From the NCBI GenBank assembly GCA_051531975.1, contig JAOPTT010000009.1, forward strand, positions 32,001 to 96,000: a stretch of 64,000 nucleotides of DNA. The letters run 5' to 3'. Below are positions 29,630 to 39,403 of the stretch, one piece after another. The stretch comes from Spirochaetaceae bacterium (GTDB lineage Bacteria > Spirochaetota > Spirochaetia > DSM-2461). Numbering within the stretch: the first letter of the stretch is position 1; every line of letters starts with the position of its first letter. The translations under genes were made by a program, and so were the position numbers. A model generated the notes under the pieces. That model was not told the DNA's origin and searched no databases. It saw only the letters and a list, made by a program, of their open reading frames with translations.

Positions 29630-29650
29630 CTACGTATAGTTATAAATATG

Positions 29651-30760
29651 TTATTGTTCACTCCATGTTGCTATCTCTTTTAGTCTATCTATAATTGGAA
29701 GATGTTGTGTACACTCTTTTTCGCATAATCCACAAGCTGTACATGTTTCTGCAGTTCCTTTTTTCCCTGCAAGAATACCCCACTCATAAGCTCCGTCCAT
29801 TGAGTCTTTTAACTGCTGATCTGTTTTTTTGAATACGTGTTTTTCGTTATAGAACTGTAAAAAACTTGGAATCTTTATATCTTGAGGGCAGATGTCGCAA
29901 TAACCACAACCAGTACATGCCTCGTTCATTGAAGCCCCAATTTTGCTTTTTACATCCTCAATTTCCTGGTCTGTAAATGGCTCTGATTCATCAGCAATTC
30001 TACAAGCTGTATCTATATGTTCTTTGGTTGTAAAACCATTAAGAGCCACTGTAATTTGAGGGCACGATATGATAAACCTAAGAGCAGCTTCTGTTGCAGA
30101 TTCATTACCATTTGTAATAAATTCTAGCTCTTTTTCATGGGTTGGAATTGCTCCTCCAGCTAAGGGATTCATTGCCACTACACCATAATCCATATCGTAT
30201 GCAGCTTTTACTCCATCCCATCTGTATGGAAAGTTTAAAATGTTCATACCAAGTAATATTCCATCAATTTTGCCATCTTCTAATATAGCCTTAACATCAT
30301 TTCCTGGTTGGTGAGAGGACAGTACTATATGGTCAATTAAACCCTCTTTTTGACACTGTAATAGACCGTCGTATTGGCCTCCAGGTTTCATAGCCAGTTC
30401 ATAATGTTCAGTTTTTCTAATACACCAGATATGATAAAAATCTATTTTTTTAACATTAAGTCTTTTTATAGAGGTTTTAACAGCTTCAATAGCTTTTTCT
30501 GCAGTATCAAATTTTGTAGGCATACCTTTTGTTGCTACATAAAATTGCCCAGGCATATTTTTAAAAGCTTCACCAAATATTAATTCACTTGTATCGCTAC
30601 AATAACCAGGGGCAGTATCAAAATAGTTAATACCTTTTTCATTTGCATATTTAACAATCTCAGCATTCTCTTCTAAAGATTTTTTTTCATCAAATCTCAT
30701 TCCACCAAAACCAACTGCTGATACTTTTTTACCTGTTTTACCATATGTATTATAAATCAC
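29651..30760 (-). CDS. Aldo/keto reductase with C-terminal 4Fe-4S dicluster
   Basis: GFGGMR, YFDTAPGY, MNPLAGG, CTGCGYC..CP, CTACGLCEKECTQ. Confidence 0.92.
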   Translation of the reverse strand: MIYNTYGKTGKKVSAVGFGGMRFDEKKSLEENAEIVKYANEKGINYFDTAPGYCSDTSELIFGEAFKNMPGQFYVATKGMPTKFDTAEKAIEAVKTSIKRLNVKKIDFYHIWCIRKTEHYELAMKPGGQYDGLLQCQKEGLIDHIVLSSHQPGNDVKAILEDGKIDGILLGMNILNFPYRWDGVKAAYDMDYGVVAMNPLAGGAIPTHEKELEFITNGNESATEAALRFIISCPQITVALNGFTTKEHIDTACRIADESEPFTDQEIEDVKSKIGASMNEACTGCGYCDICPQDIKIPSFLQFYNEKHVFKKTDQQLKDSMDGAYEWGILAGKKGTAETCTACGLCEKECTQHLPIIDRLKEIATWSEQ

Positions 30761-30911
30761 GAAATGTTACCTCTTTTTAAATATTATATACTATATATAG
30801 GGAAAGTTAAAAGTATCATATTAACTTACATCCATGTATCAATTATGTCGAAACAACACATCTTTGTAGGTTTTTACCTCTTAAAAGTTAACTTTTTAGT
30901 CGTTTAAAATA

Positions 30912-30927
30912 TGGCATCAGAATTGCA
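30912..30927 (+). promoter_or_regulatory. Sigma54 (-24/-12) promoter
   Basis: TGGCATCAGAATTGCA: GG-N10-GC, matches TGGCAC-N5-TTGCW except one base; AGGAGG RBS follows. Confidence 0.75.
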
Positions 30928-30950
30928 GGTAGAAGACATAGGAGGAATCT

Positions 30951-31316
30951 ATGAAGCTATTAATAGTAGATGATTCAAATATTATGCGAAGAGCTATAGC
31001 AAAATATCTAAGAGATTTTGATATTACAATTGTTGGAAGTGCTGGTAATGGAGAGATTGCTTTATCTATGTGTAAAGCTACTAAACCCGACTTGGTAACA
31101 CTGGATATAACAATGCCAAAAATGGATGGCTTAACATGTTTAGTTGAGATCCTGAAATTTGCACCAGAAACAAAGGTTTTGATTATCAGTGCATTAAAAG
31201 ATAGTGCTACAGGATTAAAAGCTCTTAAAAAAGGAGCTAAGGGTTTTTTACCTAAACCATTTACAGAAGAACAGCTTCAGGACGAAATTAAATTAATTTG
31301 TCAGGAGTCTATATGA
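30951..31316 (+). CDS. CheY-like single-domain response regulator
   Basis: IVDDS, LDITMP.MDG, ISA, KPF. Confidence 0.93.
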   Translation: MKLLIVDDSNIMRRAIAKYLRDFDITIVGSAGNGEIALSMCKATKPDLVTLDITMPKMDGLTCLVEILKFAPETKVLIISALKDSATGLKALKKGAKGFLPKPFTEEQLQDEIKLICQESI

Positions 31317-31759
31317 ACGAATCTGAACTAAAGGCATTTGTAGATATTGTAACCAGTTATTTTGAAAGTATAACAGGATTAAAAACTACTATGGGTCTTC
31401 CATTTATAAAAGATGATGATACAGATGTATTTGATTATACAGGAATCATCGGGATTTCAGGTACCAGAAAAGGTGCCATATATTTTACAACTTCAAAAGA
31501 GTTATTAACACAGTTTGCCTCATATATCTTAGAAGGTGAAGAGTTAAACGGTGAAGAGTTATATGATTTGGTTGGTGAAATGACAAATACCATAAGTGGG
31601 AATATGAGGGAGTTTTTTGGAACTACATTCCATATTTCTGTACCTATAATCTTAAAAGGTCGAATAGAGAATATACAGATGAGATTAAATCCTCCAGTTT
31701 TTATAATACCAATTGAGTGGCAAGGATACTGTTCTCATTTAGCCATAGGTTTGGAGTAA
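31313..31759 (+). CDS. cheX: Chemotaxis phosphatase CheX
   Basis: TGIIGISG..KG, GEMTNTISGN (ExxN), ISVP; ATGA overlap with the CheY-like gene. Confidence 0.88.
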   Translation: MNESELKAFVDIVTSYFESITGLKTTMGLPFIKDDDTDVFDYTGIIGISGTRKGAIYFTTSKELLTQFASYILEGEELNGEELYDLVGEMTNTISGNMREFFGTTFHISVPIILKGRIENIQMRLNPPVFIIPIEWQGYCSHLAIGLE

Positions 31760-31761
31760 TC

Positions 31762-34518
31762 ATGGATTCAAACTTATTAGATATACTTTGGATAATTGTT
31801 GCTTCATGTCTTGTTTTTATAATGCAAGCTGGGTTTGCTATGGTAGAAACAGGTTTAACACGGTCAAAAAATAGTATAAATGTTGCTATTAAAAACTTAA
31901 CAGACTTAGGTGTTTCAACATTAATATTTTGGCTTGTTGGTTTTGGTTTCATGTTTGGTAAAAGTTATTTAGGGTATATAGGCACAAATAACTTTATTTT
32001 TAGCTCTGATACAACTTGGAAAGCAGCTTTTTTCCTATTCCAAGCTATGTTTTGTTCTACATCTGCAACAATTGTCTCTGGTGCAATTGCTGAAAGAGTT
32101 AAATATGGAGCTTATATTATTGGGACTATCTTTTTGTCCGGAATAATTTATCCTATTTTTGGACATTGGGTATGGGGTGGAATAGTTCCTAATACTGGAG
32201 CCGGCTGGTTAGGAGCATTAGGATTTATTGATTTTGCAGGTTCAACTGTTGTTCATAGTTTAGGTGGTTGGGTTGCATTGGCTTTTCTTTTTGTTATTGG
32301 ACCAAGGACAGGAAGGTATAAAAAAGATGGATCTCCAGTATCTATAAGTGGAAGTAATATTCCCATGGTAGTTTTAGGAGTTCTAATTTTGTGGTTTGGT
32401 TGGTTTGGTTTTAATGGTGGGAGTACCCTGGCTATGGATAATACTGTACCAGGAATTATTTTAAAAACTACTCTTTCTGCAGCAGCCGGCATGGTTTTTA
32501 CCCTTGCAGCAGGTTGGTCAATATTAAAGAAACCAGATGTTGGACTAGTTATGAATGGAGCATTAGCAGGTTTAGTAGCTATAACAGCACCTGTTCATGC
32601 TGTATCAGAAGCCCAGGCTATTTTAATTGGTGGAATAGGTGGACTTGTAATGTTATTTTCTACTTTTGCACTAGATAAGTTAAAAATTGACGATGCAGTT
32701 GGTGCAATTCCTGTGCATTTAGTAGCTGGAATCTGGGGAACATTAGCTGTAGGAATATTTGGTGATCTGAATATATTGGGAACAGGTCTTAGTCGTGAAT
32801 CACAAATTATTAGTCAACTAATTGGAATTCTAACTTGTGGCGGGTGGGCATTTATTTCCGCATTCATATTTTTAAAGGTACTAAATAGATTTTACCCACT
32901 TCGTATAAGTATAACAGATGAACTTGATGGTCTAAATAAGTGTGAGCACGGTGCATCTACAGAAATATTTGATCTATATACTGTTCTTCATGAGCAAGCA
33001 TCCACAGGGGATATTACTTTAAGAGCACCAGTGGAACCCTTTACTGAAGTTGGGCAAATTGCTTCAATTTATAACGAAGTAATGGATAAGTTAGAAGACA
33101 ATACAGTTGAAAAGTCTGACTATTTAAATATATTAGCAAATGTTTCAGATGGTATGTTTTTATTAACCCGTGATGGTAGAATAACTAAATATTACTCCCA
33201 TAGCTCAGACCAAATTTTAGAATCAAAATCCTTATCAGGAAAGATTTTAGTTGAGATAATTGAGCCTATATTTATGGAATCAGAACGGGATCAGATACAA
33301 GATTTTATAGATTTATCATTTGATCCAGAGATTGCATGGAGGCATATAGAACGTTTAAATCCCATAGCGGAAGTAGATGCATTTTTTGATAATGCAGAGG
33401 GTGGATTCCGAATTAAACACCTAGAATTTAATTTTAAAAGAGTAGAAAAAGATGGGATTATAAATAACCTTCTTGTTTTATTAAAAGATGTCACAGAGGA
33501 ATATGATCTAAACCTTGAAATAGAAAAAACGAAAGAGAAAGGAAATTTGGACATGGAGCTTTTATATAGAATCCTTCATGTGGAACCAAATATTTTAAAA
33601 GAGTTCTTTAATAATGCAAGTAAAGACCTTTCTGGAATAAATTCTATATTCAAAGACCATAGATATACCCCTAAAAATAGATTACAAAGGGCATTTAGAT
33701 TGAGTCATGGGTTAAAAGGAGATGCAGAACTATTAGACCTATCATTTATCTCAGAGAAAGCTGAGGAATTAGAGTTTTCTATGCAGAAGATGTTAAAAGA
33801 TGACGTTATTGATACAAATAAATTTATACCACTAACAATAAAATTCAGTGAATTACAGAAAGTTTTTAGTAAAATAGAAGGATTATTAGATAAATGGACT
33901 GTTTTTAGTGGGAACATTGGAAGTGATGTTTCGTCTCCATCAGAATATTTTGAATCTTACCTATTAAAAATGACACAACGTATTTCAAATAAACAAAATA
34001 AGAATGTTCAACTTAATTTACATAACTTTTCATTAAATCTATTTCCAGAATCTAACCACAAATCAATTAGAGATATATTAGTACAGCTAATTAGGAACAC
34101 AATTTCTCATGGTTTAGAGTTAACTGAAGAAAGAATCTCTAATAATAAACTGGATATTGGAAGAATACAAATTAAAACTGAATCGAAAAATGACTTCATT
34201 ACACTGACATATTCTGATGATGGTAGGGGTTTAGATATTGAACGTATTCGTCTTCAGGCATTAGAAAATGGCCATATAACAGATAATCAGTATAAATTAC
34301 TTCCTGATTCATCTATACCAAAACTTATATTTCAAGATGGTTTATCTACAGCTGATAGCTCAGATATTATGGCAGGAAAAGGAGTAGGTATGCCCCTTAT
34401 AAGTAATATAATAAACAAGTTAGATGGAAGTATTGGAATAAAAACAAAGCAGAATATAGGGTGTCAATTTATTATAAATATTCCTAAAGCTAAAACAATA
34501 GAAAAGGTTACTAATTAA
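31762..34518 (+). CDS. Ammonium transporter (Amt) fused to HAMP/PAS, Hpt and CheA-like HATPase domains
   Basis: MQAGFAMVE.G, SGAIAER, DFAGSTVVH, WFGWFGFNGGS, DDAVGAIPVH; then ANVSDG (PAS), FRLSHGLKG (Hpt), LIRNTISHG, DDGRGLD, F..GLST, GKGVGM. Confidence 0.9.
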   Translation: MDSNLLDILWIIVASCLVFIMQAGFAMVETGLTRSKNSINVAIKNLTDLGVSTLIFWLVGFGFMFGKSYLGYIGTNNFIFSSDTTWKAAFFLFQAMFCSTSATIVSGAIAERVKYGAYIIGTIFLSGIIYPIFGHWVWGGIVPNTGAGWLGALGFIDFAGSTVVHSLGGWVALAFLFVIGPRTGRYKKDGSPVSISGSNIPMVVLGVLILWFGWFGFNGGSTLAMDNTVPGIILKTTLSAAAGMVFTLAAGWSILKKPDVGLVMNGALAGLVAITAPVHAVSEAQAILIGGIGGLVMLFSTFALDKLKIDDAVGAIPVHLVAGIWGTLAVGIFGDLNILGTGLSRESQIISQLIGILTCGGWAFISAFIFLKVLNRFYPLRISITDELDGLNKCEHGASTEIFDLYTVLHEQASTGDITLRAPVEPFTEVGQIASIYNEVMDKLEDNTVEKSDYLNILANVSDGMFLLTRDGRITKYYSHSSDQILESKSLSGKILVEIIEPIFMESERDQIQDFIDLSFDPEIAWRHIERLNPIAEVDAFFDNAEGGFRIKHLEFNFKRVEKDGIINNLLVLLKDVTEEYDLNLEIEKTKEKGNLDMELLYRILHVEPNILKEFFNNASKDLSGINSIFKDHRYTPKNRLQRAFRLSHGLKGDAELLDLSFISEKAEELEFSMQKMLKDDVIDTNKFIPLTIKFSELQKVFSKIEGLLDKWTVFSGNIGSDVSSPSEYFESYLLKMTQRISNKQNKNVQLNLHNFSLNLFPESNHKSIRDILVQLIRNTISHGLELTEERISNNKLDIGRIQIKTESKNDFITLTYSDDGRGLDIERIRLQALENGHITDNQYKLLPDSSIPKLIFQDGLSTADSSDIMAGKGVGMPLISNIINKLDGSIGIKTKQNIGCQFIINIPKAKTIEKVTN

Positions 34519-35174
34519 TGACAGCTATCAAAAAAGAGAGACGAAACTTATTAACAAAATATGTTAATGAGGACACTATTGAGTATATAAATAAAACAGG
34601 TTCAAATCCAATGGCGGCTTCTAATAGAAAGGTTACAATTCTCTTCTTTGATATAAGGAATTCAACAGGTATTGCTGAGATTTTATGTCCATCAAATTTT
34701 GCAACTTTTTTAAGTGAAATCTTTACTGATATTATGGATCTTATTTATGGAAATGGAGGTTCAGTAAATAAAATGTTAGGGGATGGAATAATGGCTACAT
34801 TTGGATGTCCTGTTAGCTCTGGAAACGATCCACTTAATGCAGTAAATACAGCACTTCAGATAGTAGAGTATTTAAATACTTTTAATGATGTGAGGCCAAC
34901 ATATATAGCAGAACCAATAAAAGCAGGGGTTGGTATTGCCACTGGTATTGTTTTTACAGGTGTTATAGGTTCAATTCATAGGGAAGAATACGCAGTTCTA
35001 GGGGATTCTGTAAATATTGCCAGTAGGTTAGAGTCACTAACTAAAAAAATAGTTACTTCAGTTCTAGTTGATGAAAATACATATAAAGAAACTCTAACAG
35101 ACTTTAAGTATATAAATTGTTACAAAGGTTATATACGAGGTAGAAAAGAACCACTTAAAATGTACTCATTATAA
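34518..35174 (+). CDS. Class III adenylate/guanylate cyclase, catalytic domain only
   Basis: FFDIRNST, KMLGDGIMA.FG, GD.VN.ASRLE; TAATG overlap with the Amt fusion gene. Confidence 0.9.
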   Translation: MTAIKKERRNLLTKYVNEDTIEYINKTGSNPMAASNRKVTILFFDIRNSTGIAEILCPSNFATFLSEIFTDIMDLIYGNGGSVNKMLGDGIMATFGCPVSSGNDPLNAVNTALQIVEYLNTFNDVRPTYIAEPIKAGVGIATGIVFTGVIGSIHREEYAVLGDSVNIASRLESLTKKIVTSVLVDENTYKETLTDFKYINCYKGYIRGRKEPLKMYSL

Positions 35175-35217
35175 TCGCATTGACAATATTTTTTTTGTAA
35201 TATCAAAAGGAGATTTA

Positions 35218-35590
35218 ATGAATATTTAAGCTATTATGCATAAGCCAAAAAGTAAAACCAGATGCTTACATAGTTGGTGAAAATTGGCACAATAGTCAGC
35301 CATGGTTACAAGGCGATCAATTTGATGGTATTATGAATTACCCTGTTAATTACTCCGGCTTAAAATATTTTGCTAAAGAATCAATTAGCACACAGACTTT
35401 TAAGTGGATGATTAATGAAGCGTTGATGAGAAACACATGGCAGGTAAAAGAGGTGATGCTAAATCTATTAGATTCCCACGATACCCCCCGATTTGTGAAT
35501 ATATGTAACATGGATTTTAGACGATCTTTGCTTGCCATGAGTTTTTTCTAACATTTGTTGGTACTACATCTATCTATTATGGAACCGACC
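35218..35590 (+). pseudogene. Remnant of GH13 neopullulanase/cyclomaltodextrinase
   Basis: AAGGAG-ATG MNI*AIMHKPKS, then frameshifted KPDAYIVGENWH...WLQGDQFDGIMNYP, NLLDSHDTPRF, frameshift, TFVG..SIYYG. Confidence 0.8.
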
Positions 35591-35702
35591 TTTTAACAGA
35601 TACAACATTAATTATTACGAGTAGTAATAAGAGTGTGATTTTTGATGAATATTCAATAAAAGTACTCCACAGATTATCCTAATTTAATGTATTATTTAAA
35701 TC

Positions 35703-36185
35703 ATGATAAGAGAAGCCACAATTAACGATGCACAGCAAATATGTGAAATATATAACCACTATATAGAAAATACAGATGTAACATTCGAAGAAAAATTATT
35801 AAAAACCTCTGATATGGTAGAACGTATGTCAGAGGTTCTTAAAACATTACCATGGCTTGTATATACCGAGAATAACAAAATCCTAGGGTATGCTTACGCG
35901 TCTAAATGGAAAAGTAGAATTGCTTATAAATTCTCAGTTGAATCCACAGTTTATATCTCTGAAAAAAGTATAACAAAAGGTCTTGGTACCAAACTTTATA
36001 AAGCATTAATAGAAGAACTTAAAGTTCAAAATATTCACTGTGTTATTGGGGGAATCGCCTTACCAAATGACAAAAGTTGTGGATTACATGAAAAATTAGG
36101 TTTTGAAAAAGTTGCTCAATTCCCTGAGGTTGGCTTTAAGTTTAATAGATGGATAGATGTAGGTTATTGGCAGCTTAATATTTAG
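35703..36185 (+). CDS. Phosphinothricin/methionine-sulfoximine acetyltransferase-like GNAT
   Basis: IYNHYI, TFEE, GYAYA, VESTVY, LPN..S..LHEKLGF, VGFKF.RW.DV. Confidence 0.9.
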   Translation: MIREATINDAQQICEIYNHYIENTDVTFEEKLLKTSDMVERMSEVLKTLPWLVYTENNKILGYAYASKWKSRIAYKFSVESTVYISEKSITKGLGTKLYKALIEELKVQNIHCVIGGIALPNDKSCGLHEKLGFEKVAQFPEVGFKFNRWIDVGYWQLNI

Positions 36186-37164
36186 AAAAATCTAAATCTA
36201 TTAGCTGTTTATCAGATTCAATAATTTTTTTCCATTTTACAATATGTTCTGGTATGGATTTGCTTGTTGGGTTTTCTTTGTAAAATAGTACATATAATAT
36301 TATTAATCTTAGTTTCAAAAATTTAGGAATCATTGCTAGTTGCTCCTTCTCGATAGAACAAACACTCCTAAACCCTTTTAAGAAGTTAGTCATGAAAAAT
36401 TCCGAGAAACCTAATAATTTATCCTCTGGAACTTTCATCATTCCATAAAATAGAGGCATTGCAATTTCATTAACAAACCAATGGTATTCACAGTCATCAA
36501 AATCTTCCATTGTTATATTATTACCATCAAAATAGAAATTCCATCGATGGAAATCTCCCTGAATCAGACCAAAGGTTGATTCTGCTATATTCTGGGAGTG
36601 TAAATCAGCTAAACATTCTTCAATTTTACTTTGCACCTTAGTTTGTTCTAATGGGACGTATTTTGAGTAGTTTTTTATAATTGGATCATTATACCATTCA
36701 GGTCTTCTACTTGTTACATCTTTAAAGGTATATTTTTTAGATAGAGAGACTAATCTACCAACTTCATTTCCCCAACTTTGTAATATTTCATGGTCCCACT
36801 TTTTAGTATTGAAATAACTACTGAATGAGAACTTTTTGCCTGAAGACTTTTGATAAGATAAAACATAATATTCCACATCAAATAATAATATTGTTTCAAT
36901 ATAAACGTTGTTAATCGATTTAATATAACTTTGAACATTGGCCCCATTTTTAGATAGATAATTAACAAAGTTTACTTCACCCATAAGTTCTTGGATTTGA
37001 TTATCTTTCGAGTGTATAACTTTTAATATGTATTCAGAAGAATCTTTTGAACAGATATATTTTAGTTTTTCTGGAGTTCCAATATCTTTAATCTTATTTG
37101 TAAAACCAAAAAGTGGAACTACTTTTTTAAGAATTTCAGTCATATACTTATAAACATAAGCCAT
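36175..37164 (-). CDS. APH/choline kinase-family phosphotransferase
   Basis: ILK, FGLIQGDFHRWN, DFDD..Y.W. Confidence 0.85.
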   Translation of the reverse strand: MAYVYKYMTEILKKVVPLFGFTNKIKDIGTPEKLKYICSKDSSEYILKVIHSKDNQIQELMGEVNFVNYLSKNGANVQSYIKSINNVYIETILLFDVEYYVLSYQKSSGKKFSFSSYFNTKKWDHEILQSWGNEVGRLVSLSKKYTFKDVTSRRPEWYNDPIIKNYSKYVPLEQTKVQSKIEECLADLHSQNIAESTFGLIQGDFHRWNFYFDGNNITMEDFDDCEYHWFVNEIAMPLFYGMMKVPEDKLLGFSEFFMTNFLKGFRSVCSIEKEQLAMIPKFLKLRLIILYVLFYKENPTSKSIPEHIVKWKKIIESDKQLIDLDFSKY

Positions 37165-37186
37165 GATTTAATATAGGACAAGATTA

Positions 37187-38062
37187 TTAATTTTTTTCTA
37201 ATGTAACAGAATTATTTCTTCCTGATTCTTTAGCCCTATAAAGGGCATCATCTGCTCTTTTAATAAAACTATCATGGTTATCTTCTAAGTTAAAAAGAGT
37301 TAGTCCTAAACTACATGTAATCTGTGTTACTGGCTCAAAATTATATTCTGAGATTTTTATTCTTATACGTTCAGCAAGCAATAACCCATCTTCTAGACTA
37401 GTTTCTGGTAGAAGTAATATAAACTCTTCACCTCCCCATCGGGCAAAAAGGTCTGTATCTCTAATAAGGTTATGAATAATCTGGGATAAACAAATTAAAA
37501 CTGTGTCTCCAACCAGATGGCCATGGGTATCGTTTACATTTTTAAAATGATCTATATCTAACAATATTAATGATAAAGGTTTTTTATATCTTCTAGTTCT
37601 AGATATTTCTAAGTCTAAAACTTCAGTAAATTTAAATCTATTAAAGGCTCCAGTTAACTGGTCCGTAGTAGCTTGTAGAGTTATCTTCTCTTTAGCTTCT
37701 AATAAAAGTGTTTGATCATATATTACAATACTAACTAGCCCTGGTTCATAAAATGAAAAAACAACATCTTGTTGCATATTTTCATAAACTGATTTTATCA
37801 TTTTATTTTGTGGTATTTTTATTAAGTATTTATCAACTATTGAGTTCATAAAAACATCAGATTTAAGTGATAAAGTAACTCTTATTTTTCGTGCAATTTT
37901 TTTTTCTAAAACTTCAGGAAAGATATCAGAAAGCTTTTTACCTATAATATCTTTTTTTAATATCTTTGTATTTATTTCTAACCACTGATTCCAGGCGTGT
38001 ACTTCTAAATCTTTATCTATAAGCAGAATCCCATCTTTAATTGTATCTAAAATTGTTAACAT
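37187..38062 (-). CDS. PAS-GGDEF diguanylate cyclase
   Basis: DQLTG.FNR, DIDHFK.VNDT.GH..GD, RDTD I-site, RWGGEEF, ADDALY.AK..GRN. Confidence 0.93.
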   Translation of the reverse strand: MLTILDTIKDGILLIDKDLEVHAWNQWLEINTKILKKDIIGKKLSDIFPEVLEKKIARKIRVTLSLKSDVFMNSIVDKYLIKIPQNKMIKSVYENMQQDVVFSFYEPGLVSIVIYDQTLLLEAKEKITLQATTDQLTGAFNRFKFTEVLDLEISRTRRYKKPLSLILLDIDHFKNVNDTHGHLVGDTVLICLSQIIHNLIRDTDLFARWGGEEFILLLPETSLEDGLLLAERIRIKISEYNFEPVTQITCSLGLTLFNLEDNHDSFIKRADDALYRAKESGRNNSVTLEKN

Positions 38063-38697
38063 TAGCAGTTCTCCATAAAAATATTAAGGGCTTCTTGTAA
38101 CCATTTAAATGAGCTATTATTTGTTAAAATTATTAAGTGTCCAGTTATTTGTTGCTCTTGGAATTCTAAAAATGTTTCAATAATAATAACTTTATCATAC
38201 TCTTTCCCAGTATCATCAAACATAACACTATGATCAGCTTTGTAATCTATAGATGGTGCTGTAAACTGTACCGAAGTATTAAGTAGTTCTGATAACTTTC
38301 CAACACATGATGAACTTACAATATTTGAAATTTCTAATATTGCACCATCTATATCATCGTTATCATATTCTCTGACATCCTTTTCGATATCATTAATTTT
38401 ATATAAAAGTTTAACTAAATTTAATGTCGACTTTTTCTCAATAAAAAATAGAGATTCTCCCTCGAAAGTTCCTTTAAACATCTGAGCTGCTAAATGAATA
38501 TCATCTTCATCTTTAAATTTTTTACTTACAAAATCATTCAGTTCAGAAACATCTATAATCTCCAAGGATGGTGCATGTAGTGTTGCAAAACTCTCAAACA
38601 TATCAGCTATTAACGAAGCCGCATATCCAAAAGATATATTAATTAATTCTGATAAAATTTCTCTGTCTTCGTTAGTTAGTTCTATTGTTTTTCCCAT
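38062..38697 (-). CDS. CheC-family phosphatase
   Basis: Two ExxN motifs (ELINI, EISNI), FTAP. Confidence 0.85.
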   Translation of the reverse strand: MGKTIELTNEDREILSELINISFGYAASLIADMFESFATLHAPSLEIIDVSELNDFVSKKFKDEDDIHLAAQMFKGTFEGESLFFIEKKSTLNLVKLLYKINDIEKDVREYDNDDIDGAILEISNIVSSSCVGKLSELLNTSVQFTAPSIDYKADHSVMFDDTGKEYDKVIIIETFLEFQEQQITGHLIILTNNSSFKWLQEALNIFMENC

Positions 38698-38698
38698 C

Positions 38699-39064
38699 TT
38701 AACCTAGTAGTTCTTTAAAAATTTTAGTCATTTTTTCATCATTTATCGGTTTATGCATTATACCAACAGCACCGGAAGCCATAACTTTATCTTTAGCAGT
38801 TTTTTGAATATCTGCAGAAATTATATATACTTTAGCATCAGAATTTATTTCAATTATCTTATCTAAAGCTTCAAACCCATCCATTACAGGCATTGTTAAA
38901 TCCAAAAAAACAATATCTGGTTGTATTTCTTTGTAAGATTGAACACCTTCAGCACCATTTTCCGCTAGAAACAGTTTAAATTCAGAATCTAAAGTTCTTT
39001 CAAGACTTCTACTAATCATACGTCTAGATAGAAGGGAGTCATCAACAACCAATATTTCTAACAA
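38699..39064 (-). CDS. CheY-like response regulator
   Basis: VVDDS, LDLTMPVMDG, SADIQ, KP; TTG start with AGGAG. Confidence 0.92.
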   Translation of the reverse strand: MLEILVVDDSLLSRRMISRSLERTLDSEFKLFLAENGAEGVQSYKEIQPDIVFLDLTMPVMDGFEALDKIIEINSDAKVYIISADIQKTAKDKVMASGAVGIMHKPINDEKMTKIFKELLG

Positions 39065-39217
39065 TTTATTCTCCTAATAATAATCTTTATATTATATATT
39101 ATAACTCGGTATATTCAAGAAAGAGCTTTAAAATTATAAACTACTACTATAGTAGTATTGACTAAAAATAGTTTTAGGTTGAAAGTTAAGATATATTAAA
39201 AACAGGGAGTATATAGT

Positions 39218-39268
39218 ATGCAAATGATAAAATTCAACCACGGATCCCTTCTCGGATTCCATCTCTAG
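39218..39268 (+). CDS. Putative 16-aa leader peptide (MQMIKFNHGSLLGFHL)
   Basis: AGGGAG RBS; stop codon overlaps the 5' arm of an inverted repeat (39267-39311); lies upstream of the ABC exporter pair. Confidence 0.5.
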   Translation: MQMIKFNHGSLLGFHL

Positions 39269-39403
39269 ATAGTTATTCTTTTTATTTAAACACTAAAAAA
39301 ATTAACTATCTCTCGTCAGCCTTATTGGGACAACTTTAATGAAATTATTAAATTTTATAATTTGTCATATTAAAAAATGTAAATTAAAAACAAGGAAACC
39401 ATC

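Noticed and set aside
35333..35551. 72-aa ORF as an independent gene
   Set aside because: It is an internal fragment of the GH13 pseudogene.
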